From Podarcis liolepis (lineage: Eukaryota): a DNA stretch of 64,000 nucleotides. The stretch is from assembly GCA_965112155.1 (NCBI GenBank), contig OZ218098.1. One strand, 5' to 3'. This document shows, piece by piece, positions 11,801-23,800 of the stretch. The first letter of the stretch is position 1. Every line of letters begins with the position of its first letter. A program made the translations under genes and the position numbers. Below the pieces are notes generated by a model. The model did not search any database, was not told where the DNA came from, and saw only the letters and a list, made by a program, of their open reading frames with translations.

Positions 11801-14800
11801 GCTCCCTCTGCCCTAAAGCTCCACAAGATTTCCAGCTCTCATCACCACAAATTTGTTGCCCTGTTATCACGACTCCTTGGGCCAGACTGTTGCTGTAAGG
11901 AGGACCATACTTTCTTCCTCTGGGTGGCTTGAATGGGGTGTGTCCACACACAGACACCATTTGCTAGTACCGCAGTATCAAAAAAAAGAGGTATGGACTG
12001 TAAAGACCAAGTTATCTGTGTTCCCTTCCAAGTTTATTCTGACCTGGATACAACTCATCCAGTTTCGGACCGCCATGAAGGAGCACTCTGCTGTGACGTC
12101 ATACATGACCAGGATGCCATCCACTCTCCGGAAATACTGCTTGGTAATACTCTGGAATCTAATGCCAAACAAAATATGAGAACCTTAAATGCATTCGTAC
12201 CTTGGCAGACATTCCACTACTCTTAACTGAACCTAGATTTGGACTCCCTCTGTGTGGCCTTCTTATTGCTAACAGCTCAAAATGGAGGCTTGTCTCCACT
12301 TACAAAATGGTGTATGGAGCACATTCCAGTCATTTCCTTTGAAAGGCTGAGGCCTTCATAGAAGAAGCCTGGAAGAACTGAGGATTTCCAACTGGGTAAG
12401 GTATTGGGTTACATGCTGACAACAGCTTCCCAAGCAGTGCTTGTGCCAAAACAGGAGGTATCACAAAGGAAAAGTTTTGAGAGAGGCCATAACTCAACAA
12501 CAGAATGTGTTCTTTGCAGGCAGAAGTTCCTAGGTGCATTTTCTGGTATGTTTTGTTTCATTTCCTGTTAAAGATCAGACATCTTCTTGAAACTCTGGGG
12601 AGCTATTGCCAGTCAAGAGTAGACCAGGGGCCCCCTATGTGATGACTGAGTGCATCTACAATAACCTTTTCCCCTGTTGAAATTAGACTTGAAGACAGCA
12701 TTTGATTGCAGCCAATATAATAGGTTGTGGTGTGTGCCCACAACAGTTCCTCCAGTTTGAAATGTTCCCAGAGGTTGAAAGAAGGTTGGCAAATCCTGCC
12801 ATAGGCAATACTCAGCTAGCTATGCAAACAGTGTGCCCTGGCAAAAGGCAGCATCCTGTGTACCTCCTAGCATTGAGATTTGGCACCACTGTAGTTGGTC
12901 TTGTGCAACAGTTGCTGTGTCATCTGGACTGATCCTGCTGTTTCTCTCCCCCCTCCCACCAGCAGCAAAGAGCACAAGGAACGGCACAGTCCTAAGGGGC
13001 TTGGATAGAAACCAGGAGCACAATTTTAGCAAGCCTCTCATCAGTGGAAGTACTACAGCCGCTGGCATGACTGTCATAAAGCACCCTTAACTTGGAAGAG
13101 GTGCACCCATAAGAAGAAGGACCCTTGTGTTCACTTTGGAGATAGAGAAGATTCTGCTTTAAAACAAGGGTGGAGAAAACAGGTTTTAAAAAGGAAAGAC
13201 TGTCTCAATGGCATGGGCCTGCATTTGACACTCATTGTCATCTCTCATACATCAAGGTTGTTTTTCTTCCTGGTTTATTCCCATCTCGCTGAATCACAGC
13301 AACAGCTAATGAATCACCACTGAGTTTTACACTGCAGCAGGCAGCTGCAAAACTAATGTAAATATTCCTCTACACACATTTTTGAGCAGGGTCGCTGCTC
13401 TCCCTTTAAATAATTATTTAGTTGAAAGGTAGGATATAGCCACTTAGGCAAAGAAGGGTCTGGATGTTGACCCGGGTTGTCCCCATTGCATTTCCTGTAG
13501 AGTTGTGTTCCCCCTTCTCTCAGCTGCTTAGAGTGTGCCAGAAAAGTAGGTGGAAGGATACACGTTGAATTCTAACCCCCTCCCCCAACAAAAAACTCAC
13601 TGCAAGTAGAAAGTTAGCATGCCAGCGAGAAAGGAGGCTAGAGTATGGTTACCAGATTTTTTTCAATGAATTCGGGGACACTTTTTTTTTTTTTTTTTAA
13701 ACTGAGTAGCAACAAGGAGTCAGTAGTGGGGATGGTGAGGCAAAAGACCCTGGGCCCAAGCACACATGCATATTGTATAAAGGTGCAAAGCCCTTCTTTC
13801 GCACCCTGTGTAACATAAATGCGCAGTTTTTTAAAAAATGGGCAACGGCCAGCCGCCCACAACTCCCAAGCCTCCCCCATCAGTCAAAACAAAGGGGGAA
13901 GGGGGAAGGAGAGCTGTACTGTCGGATGTCCCTGGTTCTCCTTCAGCAGTGGCGGTGGCAGTGGCAGTCAGCAGCCCAGAGCCAGCCTGGTAGTGCAGTT
14001 GGCTCTGGCTGGCTTCAGGAGCTGCTCGCTGCCATGGCACCCGCCATTTTCCCTCGCCATAAGTCCCCATATGATGTGTTGCACACAAGACACATCATAT
14101 GGGGACTTCCGGCAAGGAAAAATGGTGGGCGCCACGGCAGCGAGCAGCTCCTGAAGCCAGCCAGAATCAACTGCGCTACCAGGCTGCCTCTGGGCTGCTG
14201 AGGCTGCCGCTGCCATGTTTCCCGGGGACAGATTTGCAAATCCGGGGACTGTCCCCAGGAACCGGGGATGTCTGGTAACCCTAGGCTAGAGGGCTTGTCT
14301 AAACATGACAAACGTGTATAAGAAAACAGCAGTTTCATAAGGGGGAACTTTGGAGGAAATAAGTGCTGGGAGAGGGGAAGCAGCACGCAACCTTTTGCCT
14401 TGCCCACTCCTTGGGTCCAAAATATTTCCTCAAGCTGCTTCTCCCCTGACCCCCCAACCCACCCCTCTGCTTCAAATTGCTCTCTCCCCAAGAGAAGTTT
14501 TATTTTAAATGCCCACTCATACTTTGGTCATGAGGACTTGCTACACATGTTTGTGTGCAGCATACAGTACTTCCATTTATATAAAGAAAACTGTAAGTGA
14601 CCAGATTCTAAGAGTCTTGCATGCAAAAGAAAAGTACTGGATATGTGAAGTTTTACACTAGTCAGTTATTGCTGTTAGTGTTCAAGAACATGTGGAAATT
14701 TTGGAAGAAGGTTCAAGTCTCCTCATATTATCACTGTGTGCTTTTAGGGCTATTTACTGATCTAAATCTCACAAAATCCTTTACCTTTCCTGCCCAGCTG

Positions 14801-17800
14801 TATCCCATAGCTGCAAAACCACCTGTGTGTTGTCAACCATCAAGCTCTTCACCTGGTAATCAACGCCTGCAGGAGAAACAAGAGGAGTCTAAGGCCAGGA
14901 TAGCACAGTGGGCAGAGTTGGACTTTGCATCTGGGAGTCCAGGTTAAGCATGTCTGCTTGACTCCTTTTATGACTTTGGGCTTGGGACGGGGCACCTTTG
15001 GCCGCAGTTCCCAGCAGTTAAAGGGGGGCAATGAACTCCTTCGCAGTACTGTTGCGAAGAAGGCACCACAGAAAAGTCTGTAAAGCATAATCACAAAGTA
15101 AAAGTGCTATTGAAAACAGTAGATGGTCAGGGCTGGGGGGAAATGGGTGGGTTTGCAAATAGGTTCATTATTTATACAGAGTGGGCTGCAGGTTATTTTC
15201 TTGTCTGCTTGGAAAGCACGTGCAGCATCTGGTATGCTACCACAATTTGAAGTTAAAAGTCTTCCCAATGGCTATCAGTTAGTAGGGATTTGGGAGTTAA
15301 TGCCTTTAAACATTCTTAAGGCACTAAGACAGAAAGTAGCCACCATTTGCTCTTATCACCATCCCTCCACCAGTCCTCTCATCCATCCCCTACCCCTCCA
15401 CTACCTGCCACAGAGCAAAGTTAAGAGTCCCATGATCACAGCGGCAAAGGAGTAGACTTGACAAGAGGCCTGGTGAAAGAACAGACTACATGCGTCCTGC
15501 CATTGTGCCTTTTAGAGCATCACGGTATATATAAACCTTGCCTCTGACTGATTGGTTGTGATTTGAATTAGTCAGATCTTAGCACTTAGCTTGTCCTTAT
15601 CCATTTGTAACTATTCCAAAAAAACCATTTTAAAAATCCTCAATGTTAGTTGACTTTAAACATTATACCGCTAAAGGAATACATAGTGTGGAATGTCCAT
15701 GGGGAATATTGCCATGTTTACAGTAGTACTGAAAAGGGGGATGTGTAGTTCACAAATATTTCTGCTGCAGAAGTTGTTGAGCACATGGCACAAGCCTCGC
15801 TTAAGCACTTCTTAAATTCCCTTATGCCTCTCCCTTCTGCAGTTTGGGAGCCTCAGTTACCAATAGTTGAGCTGATCCCAGCCAGGAATCTATTGTAGCA
15901 GAAGCGATGGATGAAGGTGCTCTTGCCAACTCCGGAATTACCAAGAAACACTACTTTGAAGACACGGTCAGGAGAAGAACTAGCTGGCTCCAATACCTGG
16001 ATGCAAAAGCCATTATCAAGGTAAGAATGAAAAGGAAGAAGAAAAGTTTATAGAGCTAGGGTACAAATTGCATTTAAAACATTGCAAGGAACAGACAGTG
16101 GGAAAACTAATATGAGCAAATTTATACCCATGTTCATATCTGCACAACCAGTTGCATAGACTGAGGCTATGTTCAGATATTATCCCCACTTCTCACTGCC
16201 TAGAAAGCATCTGCATAAAGATCAGGTGTAACACTCAAGCTCACATGGTCCAGCAATTTTAACCTCACACTATCAGGGAGATAATGTGTTTAAATAAATG
16301 TGGGATCTCCTGATCCAGTCATTCATGTCACCCCTATAGTGAAGTGATGGCCTTTTCCCCATCTCACCTGGAGTACAAAATATCTGTACAGAGCCTGTTA
16401 ATATTCACCTAGCTGAAACAGTTTTCAGACTATACCATATGGGAGGAAGGAAAGACTGAAGAGCAATTTTAAAAATATCCACCTGCTTTGCAACATTTGG
16501 CCCTGAATAGATACAGGAGGTAAACAAAAAATTTCCAAAGGTTTTGCTGATGGATTTTCTCGTTTTTCTCCTTAGCATTTCTGTTCAGTGTCACTTCAAA
16601 ATTAGAAAATATAATTGCTACTAGGAATATAATATGCATATTAGTGCAGGTAGCTAATTGTCATGTCCCTGGCCCTAAACGATTCTTGGAAGACTGAATC
16701 AATTGAGGCTGTGGCTGCTATACTGCTGGCTGAAGAACAGAACGAGGCTACCAATTCTGAACCCGGGGTGATGGTTGTCAACCTGTGGACCCTAAACATA
16801 GGGAACTTCATGGCCACTCCCATGAGCCTGATTCACGCAAGGAACAAGTACATCCCATTCCACAATGCCTGCAACTGTCAGATGCAGAAGGACTCATCTC
16901 CAGGCCAGGAGGTCCTCGTTTTAAAAAGTCACAGGCAGGGAAGTAGACAGGAGAGGTAGGTAACCTGGGATATAGGAGTTATAAGGTTGCAGTCAAGCTT
17001 CAGCTTTTTCCTGAGCAAGTTGCTCACTTGGAGCTCTCCAAGGTACTGAAATGCCACTCTTCCTTCCTATACCCCAGCGTGGCCTGTGGACTCCAACTTG
17101 AAGTCAGGATGGGCCATTTAGTATACACAAAAAAGCCCACAAATGATTCAAGATTCAATAACAAAAAGACAATACATAAGGTTAGTATTCCCCACCCCCC
17201 GCTAGCTAGACTCACCACAGTTTCATTACCAATGGGCAGCCTTCTTGGCGATAAATGAAGATAATTAGGTCTGTTGGTCTTTTCTCTCTGGGATGTGCTG
17301 GTCTTCATCAGAGACTTTGGCTTCCCAACATTTCCTGCTGTTTCCTGCCTCTCTGTTTTCCTAAGAACCACATATTCCTCCACAGATGAATTGATTCCTC
17401 TTCCCTGCTTCAAACTGGCAGTGTTGGTCAGGAAGAGTTTACAGTTTTTCTCTTCCAAATAAAAATCTTTTGGCAGGACAAGGGGAGTACTTCCTGGAGC
17501 AAGCTGCCTGTGCCAAGGCACACAAACAATGGGAAGAAATGTCCAAAAGCATCAGCACAATCAACATCAGCATTTACAGAAAACTTACCCACACTTTCAT
17601 GTAACGTCAGCACTGATGAGGACAGGAAACCAACAGTCTTATAATGTGAGGAGGGAGGAGAGGAGCAGCAGCAGGTATATCAATGGGTTCCAGAATCCTT
17701 AAGGCATATCCACACTACAAATGTATGCTGGTTTTTAAATTAGTTTTGCCTCTTGGGGCTCCACTAGATGGGACACTGAGAATTGTACTTTTGGAGGGGC

Positions 17801-20800
17801 TCCAAGAAGTGTCAACACCCACAGAAATGAATGCATGAACAAAACAAATGAACAGTTAACATGTGGAGGTGTGGACAGGGCCAGAGGCAATGCTCATATG
17901 TTTTGGCAATCTACCTTGATTATCCAATATGCCTATCTAGTTGTGCTCTATATTTATATATTACTATCCCAAAGGAGGCCAAAGCTGTTCACATAGTTCA
18001 GAAATGTGTGAAATAACTTTGCTTATGGTGTTCTGCCCCTCCTCTAAATGCATGCAATGTAGGAAACTTGAGGGTGTGTATATGTTGAATCTCCTTGTTA
18101 TCAAAATTAGACTCACCCCCTCCTACCCACCTACACAGTCTCATTCAGTCACCAGTGCCCCACAGTCCCAAGTTCATCAAAGGGCAATTCCCCAAGGACA
18201 CCCATTGCCTCAACCTTAGTTCAGTTGAAGAGGAGAAAGGGAGAGAACAGTGTGACCCAACAGACCGACTGTGGTGACTACAGACCGACAGCATGCAGTG
18301 GGACACAACACAACATATTCAGCTCTGACCGTTTGACTGGCTTCTCCTCCACTAGGTATTTGCCTATCGCTGACCCCTTCTTCAAGAGGGGTCTTTTGCT
18401 TTCAAGTGCCTGAAAATTAGAGAGAGCAATTTGGAATCTGTCATCTAAGTAAATTAAGAAAAAACAACCACCATGTCACTTTGGGAGAGGCTCTCCAACA
18501 GTTAGTCAAGATTACCCCAGGAGCTGCCATTTTGTGGCTGATGAGACATTAAAAGGTTTTTCAGTTTTGGGGTTGGCATACAGAAAGTACTCAACTTACT
18601 TCAGTACCCCACTTGTTATTTATATTTAAAATTTAAATTCCAATAACAAAGAATGCATTCTCAGGATGAAAGTACAATTTCCCAGCTTTAAAATGCATCC
18701 CAGAGACGTAACAGTTCTGCACCCTGCTTCCAAAGTTGTGTGGATCGCTCACAACAGATTAATCATGATGGGACATTTATTGTGCTGAATACGGTTTAGA
18801 ATGATGAATCGAAAGATTATTCATAAATATATTAGTTGTTTCATTCAAGTGGGTTTTATTGTGTGCTTTGGGCAGACTCAGAACCCAGTCTTAACCATCT
18901 GATTGGACCTCTAAATGGTCTGTCATAATACAGTCATACAAAAGAAACACTTTACGCAATGGAACATGAGCACGAAAGAGGCAATTGTTTCCTGGCTGTT
19001 TCTCTAGCTCTTGCCAGCTTTTATTGGCTCAGTGTAACATTGGCATTTAAAAACAGACGATAAAGGAATATTGCATTGCAATGACAGCACACACAAGCAT
19101 GAAATATTTGATGAGAACGATAACAGGGTGCATGGCATTTTATTATGGAAGTCTGGATCACAGGCTCACATTCCAACAACAGCATGAATTCAGCAGTATT
19201 TTGCCATCACAATATTTGCTGTAAACACATACCAAAGACACATATGCTGTAACTAGACCCGTGAATGAATGGGTTGTACCTGGAGACTGGTTCCTAGACT
19301 TCTGGAAGGTGCATGCAGGTTTCTCATTAAGGGACACGCAAAGGACCAGATTGTACATGGCACGCAACTCCCTCCAAAACTTGTGGATGTATGGACTTGG
19401 GGAAACTCAGTTTCCATTCATAACACACAGCGGTACAACCAAGCGCAGTACAAAATGCAGAAGCTCAAGGCACAATGTTTTCAAATATCAATTTCAAAAT
19501 TAACTTCAGAATGTTTAGGATGGTAATCCGGATTAATGAACAACTGGGGACCTGAAGGGATTGGCAGAGGAAAAGAAGATGCAAGGAGCCGAGTAGTCCT
19601 CTGCAGCCTTGGAACTTGGAAAGGTATCAGCAGAGTTTCCACACTGTGCTTCAACTGTCCTAGTTTTGCACAGTATCTCAGGGCCTTACTAGAGTAAATG
19701 TTGGAAAACTCTTTTGAAATGCTTTTAGAAGCATCTGTGAGCAAATTAGACTAGGCCTGGAGTGCCTGATTGCTTGGTCCAATCTGAGAACTCAGATGTG
19801 CCCCTTGCAATCTCTTCAAAAGGATGAGGCAGGGGGCAAATCACCTGCTGGATCAATGTCTTAGCTGCACTTTGCCATGCCAGGCACCTGCTGTGCCTTT
19901 TAACTCTTGTCTTGCCTATGTACTGTGCGGACTGAAGCATCAAAGATTTTGGCAGAAACCAAAATCAAAGTTCAAGCTCTTCATCCAGCAGGGCATTTCC
20001 TCCCATTTAAGTGTGCATGGATCCACTCAGATTTCTCCCATGTTTCGTCTAGTTTGGCCTTCTCCCTCACAGTGCCAAATGATTTCCAGTGCTGGCATTT
20101 ATGCATAAACAGTCTTGGCATATTTAGAAGATTTTAATACTTCACTATTGCAAGGTCTCCCTGTTATATGTTGAAGCAGACTTGGAAATATGTCTTGCAG
20201 CGCTGGCAAACTGCCATAAACGTGCAGGCAAGAACAAGCCAGATATCTCTCCTACAGAACGATGCACTGTTAAACTCTGGCAACCTGATTGGTCCATCAT
20301 TATGTCACAGTGAATGAAGACTGGTACTGACTACCAACCAGGAATCTCTAGCTAAAAAACAGTACAGTTGCAAATCTAATGACAACAGAAACACCAGGCT
20401 AGGAAGGCCCTTCAGGCTTTAAAACCAAAAACCTCACCAGATCTACATTATGCCAGTATACCCCAAGTGTGCACTGGAGTTTGTGCTCTTCTCTATCTTA
20501 AAAAAGCAACAGCCTGCAAATGCTCCAACAGACAGACACAAGCATTGCAGTCTTGGACAAAAGAGAAATATACAAAGGGCCCATCATCAAGAGGCTTCAA
20601 GACAGGAAGTTGCTGCTTCATCAGCAGACTTCTTTTCTCCTTGATAATTCTCTTTGATGGTAGAAAAAGCCTTCTAGAAACACCATACTTTTTTTAACTA
20701 AGGCAAACAGACATCTTTTGTTTTTTTACTATTCTACAGCACACTCTTGCAATGGAAAGATTGCTGCAAATTACAGTTAGCATGAGCAGATATCAAGGGG

Positions 20801-23800
20801 TGTGTGTGTGTGTGTGTGCGCGCGCATATATAGTTGACAGGAACATAATGCAACATATTTTTTCTACTAGAAAAATTAGAACTCAACCTCCTTCATTCCA
20901 GTCCCTCCAGCATAGCTGTAGTTGGTACATCTTGATACAAGACTGAGGTTCAGAAAAAAGGGGGAATGTTTTAAAAAAGAAACAAATAAGGATCCTTTTT
21001 TCCATTAACTGAAGGTTTACATTTTACTTCAAGAGTCTGATGTGCTAACTCTAACCCATGCAACCTGCCTTTATGCAAGCACAGTCCACAGTATTATATT
21101 ATTTGTTTCTGCACTAAACCAGTTCTTTAAATCTGCAGAATGACTGTATGCAGATCAAAAGCTTGCTCTTTTTGAATTCCCACATCAGATGCAATCTGCA
21201 TGAAGAGTGGTGGGTGCCTTTCTTCCCTGCATCCAACAGAACCTCCATCTCATTAATATTTACTTTTCAAAGAGGATCAGACAACAAAAGCCATTGTAGC
21301 TTGCCTGGAGCCCATATTCCACTAGAGAACAGAGATAGCAGACTGTCAAAGGGACAATCCAGCAGCTACTTTGACATGTGAAGAAAAACCAATTTATGTC
21401 CATATGAAGTCTCTCCACGTCCCTCCATGCCATACTGTAAATTGCTTTCAATGCGACCCCACTCAAGAGTTCTAAAAGGTATCCCATGGTGCAGCATGAA
21501 AGGGATGCTCTTCAAAAAAGACATTAAAGTGCCAAATGGGATCTGAGAACTCACTGCATTGCTCTCTCTGAACTGCAACTGCAGAAGACAGTTTCTCCCT
21601 GCTGCTTCTGCTGCATTTAATGATCTCATTGAGACTATGGAGATCACATGCCCCCAGATTTATCTGGAGATGCAGCCACAGGCCTAGTAATCAGAAAGAT
21701 GAGTCGTGGGACAGCCGGAGAGCCAGCCCACTCATAAGGCAAGGTAAAGAAGCCACCTCTGGTGGTGGAAACACAACAGGCGGTGCCCCACCAGCTCTCC
21801 GCCTGCCCCACCACTTCCACTGCAGCTGGAACGCTCCCTTCTAGGCCTGCAGAAAAGCTTTGTAGAACAGCTCACACTTGCTCAGTTTTGCAGTTGCTCT
21901 CTCTCTCCACTCCTAGGTAAGAAAGGCTTCAGTGGGGAGGCAGCAGCAGTGTATGTTGGGGAGGGACACCTCGTTTCACCCTCAGATGGCAAAACAGGAT
22001 GGGCCACCCATGGACAGACAGACAGGTGCACAGATGTTTGCACAATCATACCCAAAGATTAGAACATTGCACTGGAAACTTCCCTCTCCTTTTTACACAA
22101 AAACATACATAGCAGCTTCAATAAAAACATTCCTGCACCCTACGCTTGTACAACACTAAAGACTAGATAGCTGATCAGCATACGCCCCCCCCCCTTATAC
22201 TTCATTCCTGCCCTGCATTTGTGAAGCAGGGAAATCAGCCGCAAGAGGTCTTTTGGCTCATCTTCACATTTTGGTTGTCTGCCTCGCTGGTCTACGATCA
22301 AATCTACTAAGTGGTATGTTTCGTGGACATTACATCTCTCCTACCAAAAACAAACTGCCCAGGGATGGAAAAGGCCCATTCCAGGAGCAGGCCAAAGTAA
22401 GAGGCAGAAACAGACAAAAAGACATCTTGTTTTCAGTCTCTTAATTGTGGGCTGTGTGACAATGGAAGCCTAGAAGGATATAGGCACAAGGTGATATAGC
22501 AGAAGAACTATAGGCTGGAATGAGGCAAGGCAGTTCCAGAGATGAATTCCAGACTACTCTGCAGAATGGTGGTGGTGGGAAGAGAAAGAACATAACTAGG
22601 CCTTCTCCAAGCTAGATGGTAATGGCTCAGCCTTAAAACATGGAGGTTCAGCTACGGTTCCTCTGAATGGAAGCCTTACTGTACGAAGTTCAGGGTGTGC
22701 TAAACATTCTCTCCCCCTCCAGTTTGGAGGGACACCCAACTGTAAATGCTTTCTTGTAGAGTCAGGAGCCAGCAGTCCTTATTGCCCCCTTTGTAATTGC
22801 CTGGTTTAAAAATGTGCAGCTCTCTCTTAAAAAAATAATAATAAGTCCACATGCAGGCACTACAGGGTTTCTCAGTCAATGCCCCCCCTGTAAATGAAAT
22901 GACCCCAAGTGATGGCAACAACAGCAAGCTGCAAAGGGGAGGCGACGGGGGATTAGAATTTTCTTTCTCAGACTAACCAGCTTCTTGGCTTCAAAGGCAT
23001 CTCTCTCGTCTCGCAGTTTCTTGTTCATTTCCCTGCTCCAAAGGAAAGAAAGACACACAGAGGTAAGCGGTGGCAGTTGCTCTACACATACTGTGGTAGG
23101 GAACTAACAATCCTCAAAGAGAAGTGAGAAAGGGGAAGAGACCACTCCTTTTCACAACCACAAATCCCCATTCAGGTTTCACAGAAGCTTCCTGTGGCCT
23201 AAATCTTCACTGTAGAAATGGCTTTGGTGCTGCTCTCAGACATTATTTTAGCACCATCTATTGCCACTGGGGAACTGAATCACCCAAAGCACTGTACAGC
23301 TTGCTGCTTAGGTCAAGTGGCAGCCCTGTGGGTCTGGCCAATTCCGCTGGTTTATTTGAATAGCTGACATAACACCAAGGAGCTTTTTTATTCTATATCT
23401 CCCTATACACGTGAACAAGCCCTCAAGGCCCCACCTTTACCTGAGCAGTTCCAGTTGTCGCAGGAGGCTTTTCTTTTCTTTCTGCATATTCTTAGAGACT
23501 CTGAATACATCCCTAGATTTAAAAAGGGAAGGGGAGGGGTTAGTGTTTTAAGGGTTACAAGTTTTGTCCTGTGCAAACGTTGATAATATGACCCAAATGC
23601 CAAAGCTGCTGGCAGCAATCAAGGGCAGAGGGTGGACTAATTAAATTAACACTGGGTTAGGAGCTGACTCCCATTCTTGCTCTCCATGACTTGCTGATGC
23701 AAAATATCATTCTCTTGGTTTCCAAGAGAAATTCCAGCTGAGGACCAAATTTACATGTACCCTTTTTGCACCCATCACACTGCTCTGCTCCCCAATCACT

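Noticed and set aside
13773-14491. Mirror-image ORFs with internal peptide similarity
   Set aside because: By-product of the DNA palindrome within the hAT element.
8778-15996. Rab exons as a separate small Rab gene
   Set aside because: No start codon or promoter before the G1 exon; it begins at a splice acceptor in phase with the upstream CRACR2B linker exons.
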